Positions 27,650 to 37,799 of a stretch of 64,000 nt of DNA are shown here, in pieces. The stretch spans positions 1 to 64,000 of the forward strand of contig JAZGFI010000103.1 in NCBI GenBank assembly GCA_036479435.1, read 5' to 3'. Below the pieces are notes generated by a model. It was not told where the DNA came from. It was given only the letters and a program-made list of their open reading frames with translations, and searched no databases. Both the position numbers and the translations under genes were made by a program. This DNA is from Planctomycetota bacterium (GTDB taxonomy: Bacteria > Planctomycetota > GCA-002687715 > DRQF01). The stretch's first letter is position 1. Every line of letters begins with the position of its first letter.

Positions 27650-30600
27650 GCGAGCTTGACGAGTCCGCTGAGACCTCGACGCCGCGCCCGCGCTGGAAGC
27701 GCGGGCCGATTTCATGGATGGCCCGAAACCCAGTCGCCGCCAACCTGTTAATGGCCTCGTTAGTCCTCGGTGGGCTAATGTTCATGGTCACTCGCATGAA
27801 ACAGGAGGTCTATCCCGAATTCAGTATTGATCGCATCTCGATTAGAGTCTCTTACCCCGGCGCCAGCCCCGAAGAAGTTGAAACCGGGATCGCCTTGGCC
27901 GTCGAAGACGCCGTGCAAGGCCTCGACGGCGTCAAGCACGTCGATTCGACTACGAACGAAGGCTCCGCTGACTTTTCGGTCGAACTGTTGACGGGATCTG
28001 ATCGGCAGAAGATTCTCCAAGACGTCAAGAATGCTGTTGATCGCATTCAGTCCTTCCCCGAAGAAGCGGAGCGACCGACAGTGAGTTTGGTCGAAGTCCG
28101 CAATCAGGTTTGCTCGCTGATTATCTCCGGTGATCAGACTCCATCGACCTTGCGTGCCTTGGCGGAGCGCGTTCGCGATGAGCTGCTTGGTCGCGACGAC
28201 ATCACCTTGGTAGAGATCGCGAACGCGCGGCCTTTGGAAGTTTCCATCGAAGTCCCGCGCGCCAAGCTTCGCAAGTACAACTTGACTATAGACGGCATCG
28301 CTCGAACTGTCCGAGATAGCGCGCTAGAACTGCCGGGTGGGGGAGTGCGGGCACCGGGCGGCGAGTTGCTGATCCGGGTACAAGAGCGCCGGGACTTTGC
28401 CGAGGAGTTTGCCGACATACCGATCATCGCTACGAGCGATGGGGCCCGAGTTTCTTTGGGCCAACTCGCGGATCTACGGGACGGATTTCGCGAGACCGAT
28501 CAAGAAGCGACATTCGCTGGTAAGCCCGCCATCAAGGTGGATGTCTATCGCGTTGGCATGCAAACGCCCCAAGATGTGTCAGATTCGGTCTACGACTACT
28601 TGGAGTCATCGGGACCGAGTTTTCCGGACGGCGTCAGCCTTGACGTTTGGGACGACCGTTCCGAAATCTATCGAGATCGCATCGACCTGTTGCTTCGTAA
28701 CGCCGCTATCGGGTTGGCACTCGTGCTCTTGTTACTCGGCCTATTTCTCGACGCCCGCTTGGCGTTCTGGGTGACCGTTGGAATTGCCTCGAGTGTCATT
28801 GGGGCTTTTTTGATCATCCCCTTCACGGGTGCGTCGATCAACATGATCTCTTTGTTCGCGTTCATCGTGACGCTTGGGATCATCGTCGACGACGCCATCA
28901 TCGTGGGCGAGAATATCTACGAGATGCGAGCGCAGGGGGCCACTTACCTTGAGGCCGCTATCAAGGGCACGCAAGAAATCGCAGGCCCCGTGGTATTTGC
29001 GGTGCTCACGAACATTGCCGCCTTTATGCCCTTGTTGTTTGTGCCCGGTGGGGCGGGCAATCTCTTTCGCCAGATCCCCTCCGTCGTCATCGCCGTGTTT
29101 GTGATCTCTTTGATTGAATCGCTGTTCATTTTGCCCGCTCACTTGGCACACGTTCCCGCGCAGGGGTTGGTGTGGCGACTTTTGGCGATCCCCCGCCGCT
29201 TGTTCGGCACGGTTCTTGAGTGGTTTATTCGGGTGATCTACCCAACGATCATCCGATTCACGGTTAGCTTTCGGTATCTAGTTTTCGCCTTGGCACTCGG
29301 GATCTTGCTCTTGGCTCTCGGCGCGGTTCGTGGCGGCTTCGTTAAATTTTCATTTCTGCCGCGAATCGATGCGGACGTCGTGCGGGTTTCTGCAACGCTC
29401 CCCTTCGGTATCGCGATCGAAGACACGCGCTCCCTGCAACGCCGCTTGATAGAAGATCTCGACGAGGTGGTGAAGCAGGCCGGCGGCTGGAAGATCGTTC
29501 GGGGGGTCTACACTCAAATAGGCGAACCGATTGGCACTGGATCACCGGGGCCCGTCGTCGACAACCAAGCCCGCGGTAGCCATTTGCTCGGCATTTCGGT
29601 TCAATTGGTTTCCAGCGATGACCGCGACATCTCCGGCATTGAGTTCAGTAATCTTTGGCGAAAAAAGGTCGGAAACCTAGCGGGCCTGGAGACTTTGTCG
29701 ATCTCCGCTGAATCGGGTCGCGGGGACGGCGCAGCATTGGAGTTTCAGCTTAGCCACCGTGATCGTACCCGGCTCGATGACGCAGCCATTGATCTGGCCA
29801 AGCAGATATCCGCTTATCCCGGCGTCAAGGATCTCGACGATGGTGTCAATCGCGGCAAGCCTCAAGATAGCTATCGGGTCAACGCCCAAGGTCGCAGCCG
29901 TGGCCTTTTGGCCGGGGATGTGGCCCGACAAATTCGCTCGTCATTTTTTGGCGCCGAGGCGATTCGACAGCAACGGGGGCGCAACGAACTGCGGGTTTAC
30001 GTTCGATTACCTAAAGCAGAACGCTCGACGACGCGCACCCTTGAAGACATGATGCTACGCACTCCGTCCGGCGGGGAAGTCCTGTTGACGGAGGCCGCAG
30101 ATGTCGAGTCAGGATTCGCCTACACTCAGATCCGCAGGCGCGATGGCCGCAGAATTGTCTCGGTGACCTCAGATGTTGACGAGACAGAAGACGATGCCAA
30201 CGCCAACGACATCAGGGATGCCATCGAAGAAGATCTGATGCCGAAGTTACAAGAGAAATACCCCGGCCTTAGCTATTCGTTAGAGGGTGAACAAAAGGCA
30301 CAGGCCGAGTCTCTGGAGGCGATTTTATCCGGCACGATCCTCGCCTTGATGGCGATTTACGCGATGCTCGCCATTCCCTTCAAAAGCTATTTGCAACCCA
30401 TGATTGTCATGGTGAGCATCCCCTTTGGGGTCATTGGGGCTTTGATTGGCCACATCATACTCGGCTTCGACCTCAGCATTATAAGCATGTTCGGCATCAT
30501 TGCCCTGTCGGGAGTGGTCGTCAACGACTCGATGGTCTTGATCGTCACCGCGAATCGACTGCGCGAAAATGGGATTCCCACGGCGCAGGCGATTGCGCAG

Positions 30601-30834
30601 GCGAGCACCCGACGCTTTCGGCCGATTATCTTGACTTCGCTGACGACTTTTTTTGGTCTGTCTCCGATGATCTTCGAGACTTCGGTTCAAGCTAGGTTCT
30701 TGGTCCCCATGGCCGTTTCTTTGGGGTTCGGCATCCTGTTCGCGACCTTCATCATTCTTTTGGTCGTGCCCGCCATCTACACGATCTTGGACGACATCAG
30801 CCGTTTTTTCCGAGCCTTCGGCTCGACCGACTGA
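27646..30834 (+). CDS. RND efflux permease (AcrB/AcrD/AcrF family)
   Basis: NPVAANLLM, YPGASPEEVE, LGIIVDDAIIVGEN, GVVVNDS, RFRPIILTSLTT. Confidence 0.95.
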   Translation: MSELDESAETSTPRPRWKRGPISWMARNPVAANLLMASLVLGGLMFMVTRMKQEVYPEFSIDRISIRVSYPGASPEEVETGIALAVEDAVQGLDGVKHVDSTTNEGSADFSVELLTGSDRQKILQDVKNAVDRIQSFPEEAERPTVSLVEVRNQVCSLIISGDQTPSTLRALAERVRDELLGRDDITLVEIANARPLEVSIEVPRAKLRKYNLTIDGIARTVRDSALELPGGGVRAPGGELLIRVQERRDFAEEFADIPIIATSDGARVSLGQLADLRDGFRETDQEATFAGKPAIKVDVYRVGMQTPQDVSDSVYDYLESSGPSFPDGVSLDVWDDRSEIYRDRIDLLLRNAAIGLALVLLLLGLFLDARLAFWVTVGIASSVIGAFLIIPFTGASINMISLFAFIVTLGIIVDDAIIVGENIYEMRAQGATYLEAAIKGTQEIAGPVVFAVLTNIAAFMPLLFVPGGAGNLFRQIPSVVIAVFVISLIESLFILPAHLAHVPAQGLVWRLLAIPRRLFGTVLEWFIRVIYPTIIRFTVSFRYLVFALALGILLLALGAVRGGFVKFSFLPRIDADVVRVSATLPFGIAIEDTRSLQRRLIEDLDEVVKQAGGWKIVRGVYTQIGEPIGTGSPGPVVDNQARGSHLLGISVQLVSSDDRDISGIEFSNLWRKKVGNLAGLETLSISAESGRGDGAALEFQLSHRDRTRLDDAAIDLAKQISAYPGVKDLDDGVNRGKPQDSYRVNAQGRSRGLLAGDVARQIRSSFFGAEAIRQQRGRNELRVYVRLPKAERSTTRTLEDMMLRTPSGGEVLLTEAADVESGFAYTQIRRRDGRRIVSVTSDVDETEDDANANDIRDAIEEDLMPKLQEKYPGLSYSLEGEQKAQAESLEAILSGTILALMAIYAMLAIPFKSYLQPMIVMVSIPFGVIGALIGHIILGFDLSIISMFGIIALSGVVVNDSMVLIVTANRLRENGIPTAQAIAQASTRRFRPIILTSLTTFFGLSPMIFETSVQARFLVPMAVSLGFGILFATFIILLVVPAIYTILDDISRFFRAFGSTD

Positions 30835-30845
30835 GCCGCTTGGTC

Positions 30846-33029
30846 TTATTCTTCAACCACAACGCGACCGCGGTTTTCACCCGCCAGCTTGGATAAGAAC
30901 TCCCGCTCGCTCGCTGCAAGCCCGATCCCGATGGTGTGGATTCGAATGTGTCGGAAGCGGTTGTAGCTTTGCACAAACTCCAAGATGCTGGCTTTCGAAG
31001 TGACGTCGCCGACCGACGGGGCTCCGTCGGACAGCACAAAGATCGTATCCACGTTGGGAATAGCCAGGGCCTGCTTGATGCCGGCGAAAAAGTTCGTGCC
31101 GCCATCGGCCTGAAGGCCGTCCACCCAGCGTTTTGCGCGGCCTAGCCACCGGTCCTTAGCGGGGCGCAGCTTGGCGTCATAGGCGATTGTGTCTTTCGAG
31201 AAGGCGATGATCGCGAACTCGTTGTGACTCGAAAGGGAGTCGAGGACTTTTTTGAGTTCAATTTTTGCCTGACGAAGTCGGCTCGACGTCGAGCGCGGCG
31301 CGATCTCTTTCATCGAGCGCGACACGTCGATGACAAAGGCGACTCTCGCCGAATCGATGTTGATGCCGTAGAATTGACCGTAACGCCCGCCGGACGTCGT
31401 CGCGGCGGAGTTGCCCTGTTTCTTGGGGGGCAGCGGGAATTCGTCGCGGATTGGCGTCCACCATTTCTTCCAGCGATTCGAACTGGTTCCCCAATGAAAG
31501 GAAGTGAGATCGGAAAGTGATGTGGCGAGGTCCTCAAGGGGGCGACCCTTCTCGCGACCCAAGCGATCAATCATGAAATCCACCACGCTCGGGCGCCTCA
31601 GATAGGTCATCGCCTTGTAGGCCGCGCTGCGCACGAAGGGATTTTTGTGATCGCAGTTCTTGCGGAATATTGCCGCCGCGATCTCGGGGCGATCACCTCG
31701 AAGGATCTCCATGGCGGCGATCCGTAGCTGCCACCGGGGCGATTTGTCAGCGACCTCAAGGACAAAGCCACGCATAGGTGCGATAGCCGGTGCCGCCTGA
31801 AACAAAACCCTCAGTGCGAGCGCCGCGATGATGGGGGTTTCGTCGTCACAGATATCGCGAAGTTGCTTCCGTGCGGCTTTGCTTGAATCCTGTCCTAAGC
31901 AAGTGATGGCAGCAAAGCGCGTGGCCAGGGGACCGCCTTCACTCAATTGCTTGAAGAATAAGAAGTCTCCTTTCTTCGGATGCGAGCTGAGGTGCGCGAG
32001 GACGGCTCGCTTGATTCTTGGGTTTGGATCGGCGATCCCCGTGGTGCGAAACCAGTCACTTGCTTGCTGGTCATCGAGAACTCTGGCGACCTCGACAAAG
32101 GCTTCTTGAGCTAGTTTGCCGCCCGGTTGCATCAAGGCGAGGATTTCCTTCCAGGCTCGTTCGCCTCCGTACTGGGCCCACAGGTAAATCCAGCCGGCCC
32201 GCTCGTAGTCGCTGATGCAAAAGGGCTTGAGCTGTTGGGCTCGCTTGAGAAATTCCTCTGGGTTTCGTCTCCCGATGACACCGAGGGCCGCGACGCGTAG
32301 CGCAGGATTGGATCGTTCGAGGATATGGGGCCTCACGAAGTTCGGATCGACTAAGGCCGCGGGATAGTTTTGGGCGGCGACTCTAATGACGAAGGCTTGA
32401 AGCTCGCGGTCAAGCGTCGTCCGAAAACAGCGGATCAGAAAAGTGATACCGAGGTGATCGCCGGGCGCACCAAGGGCCTTGATACTGGCGTGTTTAGCGG
32501 AATCAGCTAGGTCCGCCGCGACGTTTTCTACCATGAGCGTGCGCCAGTCGAATCGGCAGCCTTCGACCTTCGGAATCGCGAAAAGCTGCGCGTGTAAGCC
32601 GTGTATGCCGGAGGCAGCCTCACGCAAAATGGTCTCGGCGGGTTCAAATTGGAGCTGAGTGGCCAAGACTCGCAGGATCAGCAAACGACGTGCATTGCGC
32701 TCCGAGCTTTTGGGTGGAGTGCGGTCGCTCCGCGTGCCGGGGGTGCGGTCACTCCGCGTGCCGGGGGTGCGGTCACTCCGCGTGCCCGGCGCGCGGTCAA
32801 ACTCCTCTGCGAGGCAAGCCGCTCCCGCCTCCGAGTTCAAGCCAGCGACCGCAAGGGCTGCCGCCAGGACTTGGCGTTCGTTGAGACCTCGAGTCTTTTG
32901 GAGGGCGTCGCGTCGAGCCGCTAGTTCAGCATCTCCCTGGGCAAGGGCAAAATTCGTCAACAGAAAAACGAGTGCGAACACAGGGGCCCAAACCTGGCCT
33001 TGGTATTCACAGAGCCTTTTAGGAGACAT
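30846..33029 (-). CDS. Secreted HEAT-repeat protein with a C-terminal vWA domain
   Basis: Signal peptide, HEAT-like repeats, FYGINI..RVAFVIDVSRSM (MIDAS DxSxS), GGTN, LSDGAP, IHTIG. Confidence 0.88.
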   Translation of the reverse strand: MSPKRLCEYQGQVWAPVFALVFLLTNFALAQGDAELAARRDALQKTRGLNERQVLAAALAVAGLNSEAGAACLAEEFDRAPGTRSDRTPGTRSDRTPGTRSDRTPPKSSERNARRLLILRVLATQLQFEPAETILREAASGIHGLHAQLFAIPKVEGCRFDWRTLMVENVAADLADSAKHASIKALGAPGDHLGITFLIRCFRTTLDRELQAFVIRVAAQNYPAALVDPNFVRPHILERSNPALRVAALGVIGRRNPEEFLKRAQQLKPFCISDYERAGWIYLWAQYGGERAWKEILALMQPGGKLAQEAFVEVARVLDDQQASDWFRTTGIADPNPRIKRAVLAHLSSHPKKGDFLFFKQLSEGGPLATRFAAITCLGQDSSKAARKQLRDICDDETPIIAALALRVLFQAAPAIAPMRGFVLEVADKSPRWQLRIAAMEILRGDRPEIAAAIFRKNCDHKNPFVRSAAYKAMTYLRRPSVVDFMIDRLGREKGRPLEDLATSLSDLTSFHWGTSSNRWKKWWTPIRDEFPLPPKKQGNSAATTSGGRYGQFYGINIDSARVAFVIDVSRSMKEIAPRSTSSRLRQAKIELKKVLDSLSSHNEFAIIAFSKDTIAYDAKLRPAKDRWLGRAKRWVDGLQADGGTNFFAGIKQALAIPNVDTIFVLSDGAPSVGDVTSKASILEFVQSYNRFRHIRIHTIGIGLAASEREFLSKLAGENRGRVVVEE
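32719..32798. repeat. 24-bp in-frame tandem repeat, about 3.3 copies (TPGTRSDR)
   Basis: GTGCGGTCACTCCGCGTGCCGGGG units at 32719, 32743 and 32767, plus a partial copy at 32791. Confidence 0.92.
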
Positions 33030-33116
33030 CTTTTCTTCCTTTTGCCGTACCAGAGCCCAGGATATGGTCTCGCGAACCGGTTTTTGACCCGCTGACCCTA
33101 TCCGAGACCCCTATCC

Positions 33117-34391
33117 TTGAGACGCCGAAAACGCCGGTCGCGTAAAAAGCCCGCTGAAATAGCTTTGGATTCCGTGTTGGCTGAAGGCAAGGGTCTGGCG
33201 GTGCCAGATTGCGTCATGCACCGAGACTGCGGCGGTTGTTCCTGGCAACGCGTGAGCTATCCGCGTCAATTGAAGATGAAACTTGCCTCAATTCGAGAGG
33301 CTTTTGCCGCGGCAGAGATCGAGGATGTCCCCTTAGAGGAGATCCGTCGTTCGCCTCGGGCTTTCGGCTACCGGAACCTAATGGAGTTCTCCTTTTCAGC
33401 CCGGCGTTGGCTGAGCCGCGGCGAAACGCAGCAGGATGGGGCGATCGACCGAGATTTCTCGCTGGGCTTGCATGCCCCCGGCGGAATCGGGCGCGTGTTG
33501 CAGTTGGAACGCTGCTCTATCCAAGACGACCCATCGAATGCCATCATGGTTGCCGTACGTGAGTTCGCCAGGTCTTCGGGCCTGGGGGCTTGGGATCATC
33601 GCAGTCACGAGGGCTTTTGGCGATTCTTGCGCTTGCGCAGCGGATACGCCACCGGCGAGAACATGGTCGCCGTCGTCACGAGTCGCCGTGATGACAAAGT
33701 GATGGGACAGCTGGTTCGACGGCTGGGCGACCTAAACTTGTTGCCGACGACTCTCGCTAACGGCGTGACGGATCGGGTCGCCGATACGTCAGAGGGTGCC
33801 AACTACTTCATTGATCACGGACCCGAAGAGTACGCCGAGCGCCTGGCCGGATTCGATTACCGCATTGGGCCCGCTTCGTTTTTTCAACCCAACACTCAAA
33901 CGGCGGAACTGATCGTCGCCGAAGTCATGGCAATGGCCAGACTCAAGGGCCATGAGCGCGTGATCGACCTATTTTGCGGCGCAGGCACTCTTTCTTTGCC
34001 CTTGGCGAGCCAAGCGCGTGAGTTGCGCGGCTATGAAGTTGTCGAGAGCTCGGTGGCTGCGGCGCGCAAGAATGCCGATCGGAACGGTGTCAGCGGCACG
34101 CACTTTGAAGTTTTCGATCTCAACGCCGGCTATCCCACTGGCCTTAGCGATGTTGATGTTGTGGTCACCGATCCGCCGCGCTCTGGGATGCACCGCCGAC
34201 TGTTAGCGGGGCTTATCGAAGCGTCGCCGCCCGTCATCATTTCGGTGGGGTGTAACCCGAAGACGCAGGCCGAAAATTTGGCCGTCATTTTGGCATCCGG
34301 AAAATACCGTCTCGAAGGCATGGTGGGGGTCGATCAGTTTCCCCAAACCCCGCACGTTGAAAACCTCGCCCGGCTCACAAAGATTGATTGA
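33117..34391 (+). CDS. rlmD: 23S rRNA (uracil1939-C5)-methyltransferase RlmD family
   Basis: C.....CGGC Fe-S motif, SFFQPN, DLFCGAG, DPPRSG, GCNPKT, DQFPQTPHVE. Confidence 0.9.
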   Translation: MRRRKRRSRKKPAEIALDSVLAEGKGLAVPDCVMHRDCGGCSWQRVSYPRQLKMKLASIREAFAAAEIEDVPLEEIRRSPRAFGYRNLMEFSFSARRWLSRGETQQDGAIDRDFSLGLHAPGGIGRVLQLERCSIQDDPSNAIMVAVREFARSSGLGAWDHRSHEGFWRFLRLRSGYATGENMVAVVTSRRDDKVMGQLVRRLGDLNLLPTTLANGVTDRVADTSEGANYFIDHGPEEYAERLAGFDYRIGPASFFQPNTQTAELIVAEVMAMARLKGHERVIDLFCGAGTLSLPLASQARELRGYEVVESSVAAARKNADRNGVSGTHFEVFDLNAGYPTGLSDVDVVVTDPPRSGMHRRLLAGLIEASPPVIISVGCNPKTQAENLAVILASGKYRLEGMVGVDQFPQTPHVENLARLTKID

Positions 34392-35223
34392 AATGGGCGA
34401 GGGTTAGGCCCACCGCCGCATCAAACTCAAGGGTCGCAGCCAAAAAGGGGTGTCGGCAATTCATGACATGGTCCGCCCCAGAGATGATGGATGTTGTCGG
34501 CAGCGCTTGCCAGGAGGCAGCATAAAGAGATTCCAAGGACTCAAGAGCTACCGCTCGATCCTCGCGGCCATGGAGGCCAGCGAATCGTGCGCCCAGAATC
34601 TTTAGCGCGGGGTCGACGTCCAGTTCGGCTGGCAGTGGATTCAAGTCATCGAAGGCGCTGCGGTCGAGCGTCATGATTTGGCCGGTACGGGCGTTGGGGA
34701 TCTCCAGCTTCCCCTCCGATCGAAAAACTTCAGCCTGCTGCTCACTCCAGGCCAACCGTCGTACCGAAGCCCAAGTCATGACGGGAGTATCCGCACGCCG
34801 GGCGGCGGCCAGTATCGCGATGGGCCCGCCTCGGCTGTGCCCCAAGAATCCGAGGCGTTGACGGTCCAGGTTGGGGCTTGCTGACGGAAACAGCGTTCCT
34901 TCTTCGAGGGCTTCGACGACCGTCTGCAAGTCGCGAAGCTCATAGCTCGCGCGATTTTTTCGAAACAGGTCCAGTCGGGTGAAGCCTTGAGACTCATTGC
35001 CGAGGCCAACACCGTTGTGAGAGAAGTTGATGCGGACGGCGGCCAAACCATCGGCGGCCAAGCGCGCTGCGAGCTCGGGGAAGAATCCCCAGTCCTTGAA
35101 ACCCTTAAAACCGTGCAGGATGACGACGATGGGGCAAGGCTTGCGACCTAAAGCGAGGGGAAGGTCGAGGTCGCAGGCAATCTCGCAGCCATCGACTCCG
35201 ATCAGGTTCTCGTTCAAGGCCAC
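34375..35223 (-). CDS. Alpha/beta hydrolase
   Basis: HGFKGFKDWG, GHSRGG nucleophile elbow, HG.ED, GADH. Confidence 0.88.
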   Translation of the reverse strand: MALNENLIGVDGCEIACDLDLPLALGRKPCPIVVILHGFKGFKDWGFFPELAARLAADGLAAVRINFSHNGVGLGNESQGFTRLDLFRKNRASYELRDLQTVVEALEEGTLFPSASPNLDRQRLGFLGHSRGGPIAILAAARRADTPVMTWASVRRLAWSEQQAEVFRSEGKLEIPNARTGQIMTLDRSAFDDLNPLPAELDVDPALKILGARFAGLHGREDRAVALESLESLYAASWQALPTTSIISGADHVMNCRHPFLAATLEFDAAVGLTLAHFNQSL

Positions 35224-35230
35224 TGGGAAG

Positions 35231-35785
35231 TCAAAGGTTGTTGTGGAAGGTCAGGTTGCGGTCCGTCGTCGAACCGCTTTTCGGATCGTAGACGCGGCAA
35301 ATTTTGGCGGGATCACCGTAGGTATGAATGGTCAGGCAGGGCGTGGAACAAGAGTTCGCCATGCGGTGAATGTTGTGTTCTCGGGGCGGGACGATCTCCA
35401 AGACCTCCCCGGCTGCGGCGGTGCAACGTGAGCGTTCCGAGAGTGAACCGTCTGGCGACGGTGCATCGTAGTCGATGATGTCGATGGTCTCTTTCAAGAC
35501 TCCGACGACTCCCCAGGTTTGATGATCGTGGACCGGCGACCCTTTTGCAGCTCCCCACACGATGGCGACGACGGTGAATCTTCCCTCGGGATCGGCATAG
35601 AGGAGATTGCGGGTGTAGGGGACGTCATCAAGCCCCCGATGAAAAAACTCGGGGCAGATATCGGCGTTTTCGAGCAGACGTTTTTTGAGCGGAACGATCT
35701 CGCGCACGACGTCAGCCGGGTTGTTGCAGCGGCCAATAATCTCAGTGACGCTCTTCGCGTAGTCTTCGACGCTCATACAAGCCAT
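35231..35785 (-). CDS. Cysteine dioxygenase type I-like cupin
   Basis: YTRNLL, SPVHDH, IHRMAN, TIHTYG (3-His cupin). Confidence 0.85.
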   Translation of the reverse strand: MACMSVEDYAKSVTEIIGRCNNPADVVREIVPLKKRLLENADICPEFFHRGLDDVPYTRNLLYADPEGRFTVVAIVWGAAKGSPVHDHQTWGVVGVLKETIDIIDYDAPSPDGSLSERSRCTAAAGEVLEIVPPREHNIHRMANSCSTPCLTIHTYGDPAKICRVYDPKSGSTTDRNLTFHNNL

Positions 35786-35819
35786 AGTGTCTCTCACGGC
35801 AACTTAGGTATCAGCGCGA

Positions 35820-35848
35820 ATTATAGACCGGCGGGGCAAAGAGGCCAA
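35820..35848 (-). promoter_or_regulatory. Putative sigma70 promoter of the cysteine dioxygenase-like gene
   Basis: Minus strand TTGGCC (35848-35843), 17-nt spacer, TATAAT (35825-35820). Confidence 0.6.
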
Positions 35849-35849
35849 A

Positions 35850-35990
35850 CTCTTTCGTCAGAGCCCAAAAAAGAGGGGTGACGGGGTCGCGCTACTTGCC
35901 GCTGGACTTTCGAACACCCCGTAGGAAAGTCCCGCCACGCGACCCGTCAGGAACCCAGTCGACCGTAGTTGGGGTTCGGATCGGAGAAAG
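35850..35990. ncRNA. Candidate structured small RNA / long hairpin element
   Basis: TGACGGGGTCGCG (35879-91) pairs with CGCGACCCGTCA (35938-49); inner GGACTTTC/GAAAGTCC; side hairpin GAACCC/GGGTTC. Confidence 0.35.
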
Positions 35991-36806
35991 TCATTTTTTT
36001 TGGGATTTCCACGCTTTCGCGAAGTTTTCGAGGCGTGCCTTGGAGACCGGGTTTTCGACGTAGCCCTCTTCTTTCAGCGCTGATCCTACGATGACGCCGT
36101 CCGCAAATCGCAGCAGGTCGCCAAGGTTCTCTGAGGTCACGCCGCTGCCGACGAACAAGGGGTGCTCTGGAATCGCAGACTTCACCTCAGCGAGGTCGGA
36201 TAGATCACAAGCCGCCCCCGTCGCCGTCCCGCTGACGATCAAGCCGTCCGCGCCGCCGCGAAGGGCGGTTGAGCGCGCCAAGGTTCCGAGGTCTGGGCGA
36301 TATAGGGGCGTGCCAAATTTCACGTCTAAGTCGGCGAGGATTGCGGTGTCGACGCCGACGCGCGCGCGGTAGCGCAAAAGCTCGTTGGCCTTGCCCTCGA
36401 TCAATCCCTGGTCGGTGGCGGTGATACCGGTGAGTACGTTGACGCGGATGAAGGCGGCACCGGCCGCGGCCGCCGCGCCGTAGGCGCCAAGGGCATCGTT
36501 GCGAAGAAGGTTGATCCCCACTGGCAAGGAAAACTTCCGACATAGTTCGGCGGCATAGACCGCGCTGGCCGCCACCACATGGGGCTCGACTTCATCTTTG
36601 GCGAAGGGCGCGTCGCCGTGGTTTTCGAGGATGAAGGCGTCGACACCCTGGGCGCAGTAGAGCTCAGCTTCTCTGAGCATAAAGCTCCCTACTTCGTCGA
36701 AGCCAAGCGTGCTTCGCGGTGAGCCCGGAAGGGGTGGCAAGTGGAGCACGGCAATCCAGGTCTTGGTGTTGCGGTCGCGAAAAGGGGCTCGAAATCGGGC
36801 GGTCAT
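35991..36806 (-). CDS. btpA: BtpA/SgcQ family TIM-barrel protein
   Basis: HLPPLPGSP, ENHGDAPF, GINLLRND, FIRVN, ADGLIVSGTATG, GSGVT, ADGVIVGS. Confidence 0.9.
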   Translation of the reverse strand: MTARFRAPFRDRNTKTWIAVLHLPPLPGSPRSTLGFDEVGSFMLREAELYCAQGVDAFILENHGDAPFAKDEVEPHVVAASAVYAAELCRKFSLPVGINLLRNDALGAYGAAAAAGAAFIRVNVLTGITATDQGLIEGKANELLRYRARVGVDTAILADLDVKFGTPLYRPDLGTLARSTALRGGADGLIVSGTATGAACDLSDLAEVKSAIPEHPLFVGSGVTSENLGDLLRFADGVIVGSALKEEGYVENPVSKARLENFAKAWKSQKK

Positions 36807-36894
36807 GGGGGGGGGGCTTTCGAATATTTACTCAAGCACTGAACCTAAGCTAACCGAAAGGACGAGGTGTGGTGAAACGCAGGGAGCGCACATC

Positions 36895-37716
36895 GTGAAA
36901 GCCGTGTCGGTCGCGTTGGCAGTCTGGGTCCTATTCGGCTCACTGCTGGCGGCACAATCTGAGCCAAGCCCCACGAAGGGTAAAACTAGGGGGCTCAGCG
37001 TCGCGGATATCGAGGCGCTGTTACAAGTTGGCGTCTCGGATCTAGACTTGATCAAGCTCGGCGACCGTCGCGGCTGGCCCTCTAAGTTGCGGCAAGCCGA
37101 TCTGATGCGGCTCGACCGGGTGGGCGCCCAAAGACGACTCCGCGAACGCCTCCTGGCCCGCTTGGAACTAGGCTCCAAGCGCGGTCAACGCTTGAAGACT
37201 CTGCGGCCCTACGATGGCCGATTCACCAATGCTCGCAGGCAAGAGCAGCGCTACGCCTTATTGGTGCCGCAGGGGTTTGAGTTCCGCTCGAGCCAAGGTG
37301 GACGGCGCTTAGAGATCATTGGGTCGGGTTCGGCGGATTGGTTTTCAAGGCGCAGCTACTTCCTTTGGATTTTGGACCGGAAGACATGGCGGCCATCCGA
37401 TGCGCTAGCTCTGAGTAAAGTTGTCGCCGATTCGGCGCTGGCACGTATGAAGCGCGGCGGATTGAAGCTGAGCCCGCTCGAATTCTCCTACCTCACGGAC
37501 CCCGAAACCCGAACTCGCTACCCGCACTATGATGCCCTCGGTCGCGATCCTGAGACGGATCGTGGCGGCGTTTTCGCCCTCGCGCTGAAGATCCCAGCTG
37601 ATGGCGACTATTTCGCGGTGATGGGCTACACCAGCCCCACGAAGATCGCAGGACAAGATGAAAGCGATGACCCGGCGACTATCCTCAGCCTGATGCTCGG
37701 TTCCCTTAAGCTCTAG
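36895..37716 (+). CDS. Hypothetical secreted protein
   Basis: GTG start after AGGGAG; signal peptide ..LLAAQ; LSVADIEALLQVGVSD helical N-terminal motif. Confidence 0.6.
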   Translation: MKAVSVALAVWVLFGSLLAAQSEPSPTKGKTRGLSVADIEALLQVGVSDLDLIKLGDRRGWPSKLRQADLMRLDRVGAQRRLRERLLARLELGSKRGQRLKTLRPYDGRFTNARRQEQRYALLVPQGFEFRSSQGGRRLEIIGSGSADWFSRRSYFLWILDRKTWRPSDALALSKVVADSALARMKRGGLKLSPLEFSYLTDPETRTRYPHYDALGRDPETDRGGVFALALKIPADGDYFAVMGYTSPTKIAGQDESDDPATILSLMLGSLKL

Positions 37717-37799
37717 GCAGATCGTTGGCGGAATCGCCTAACATAGCCCTGCCGGGCTCAAATCAATAAATTGTATGACTTGTGCGGGGCCAAGGATGT

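Noticed and set aside
35921..35933. RNase P RNA from AGGAAAGTCC (similar word at 38265-75)
   Set aside because: The gap is too short, the word is paired in a local hairpin, and there is no 3' ACAGAA...GGCTTA motif
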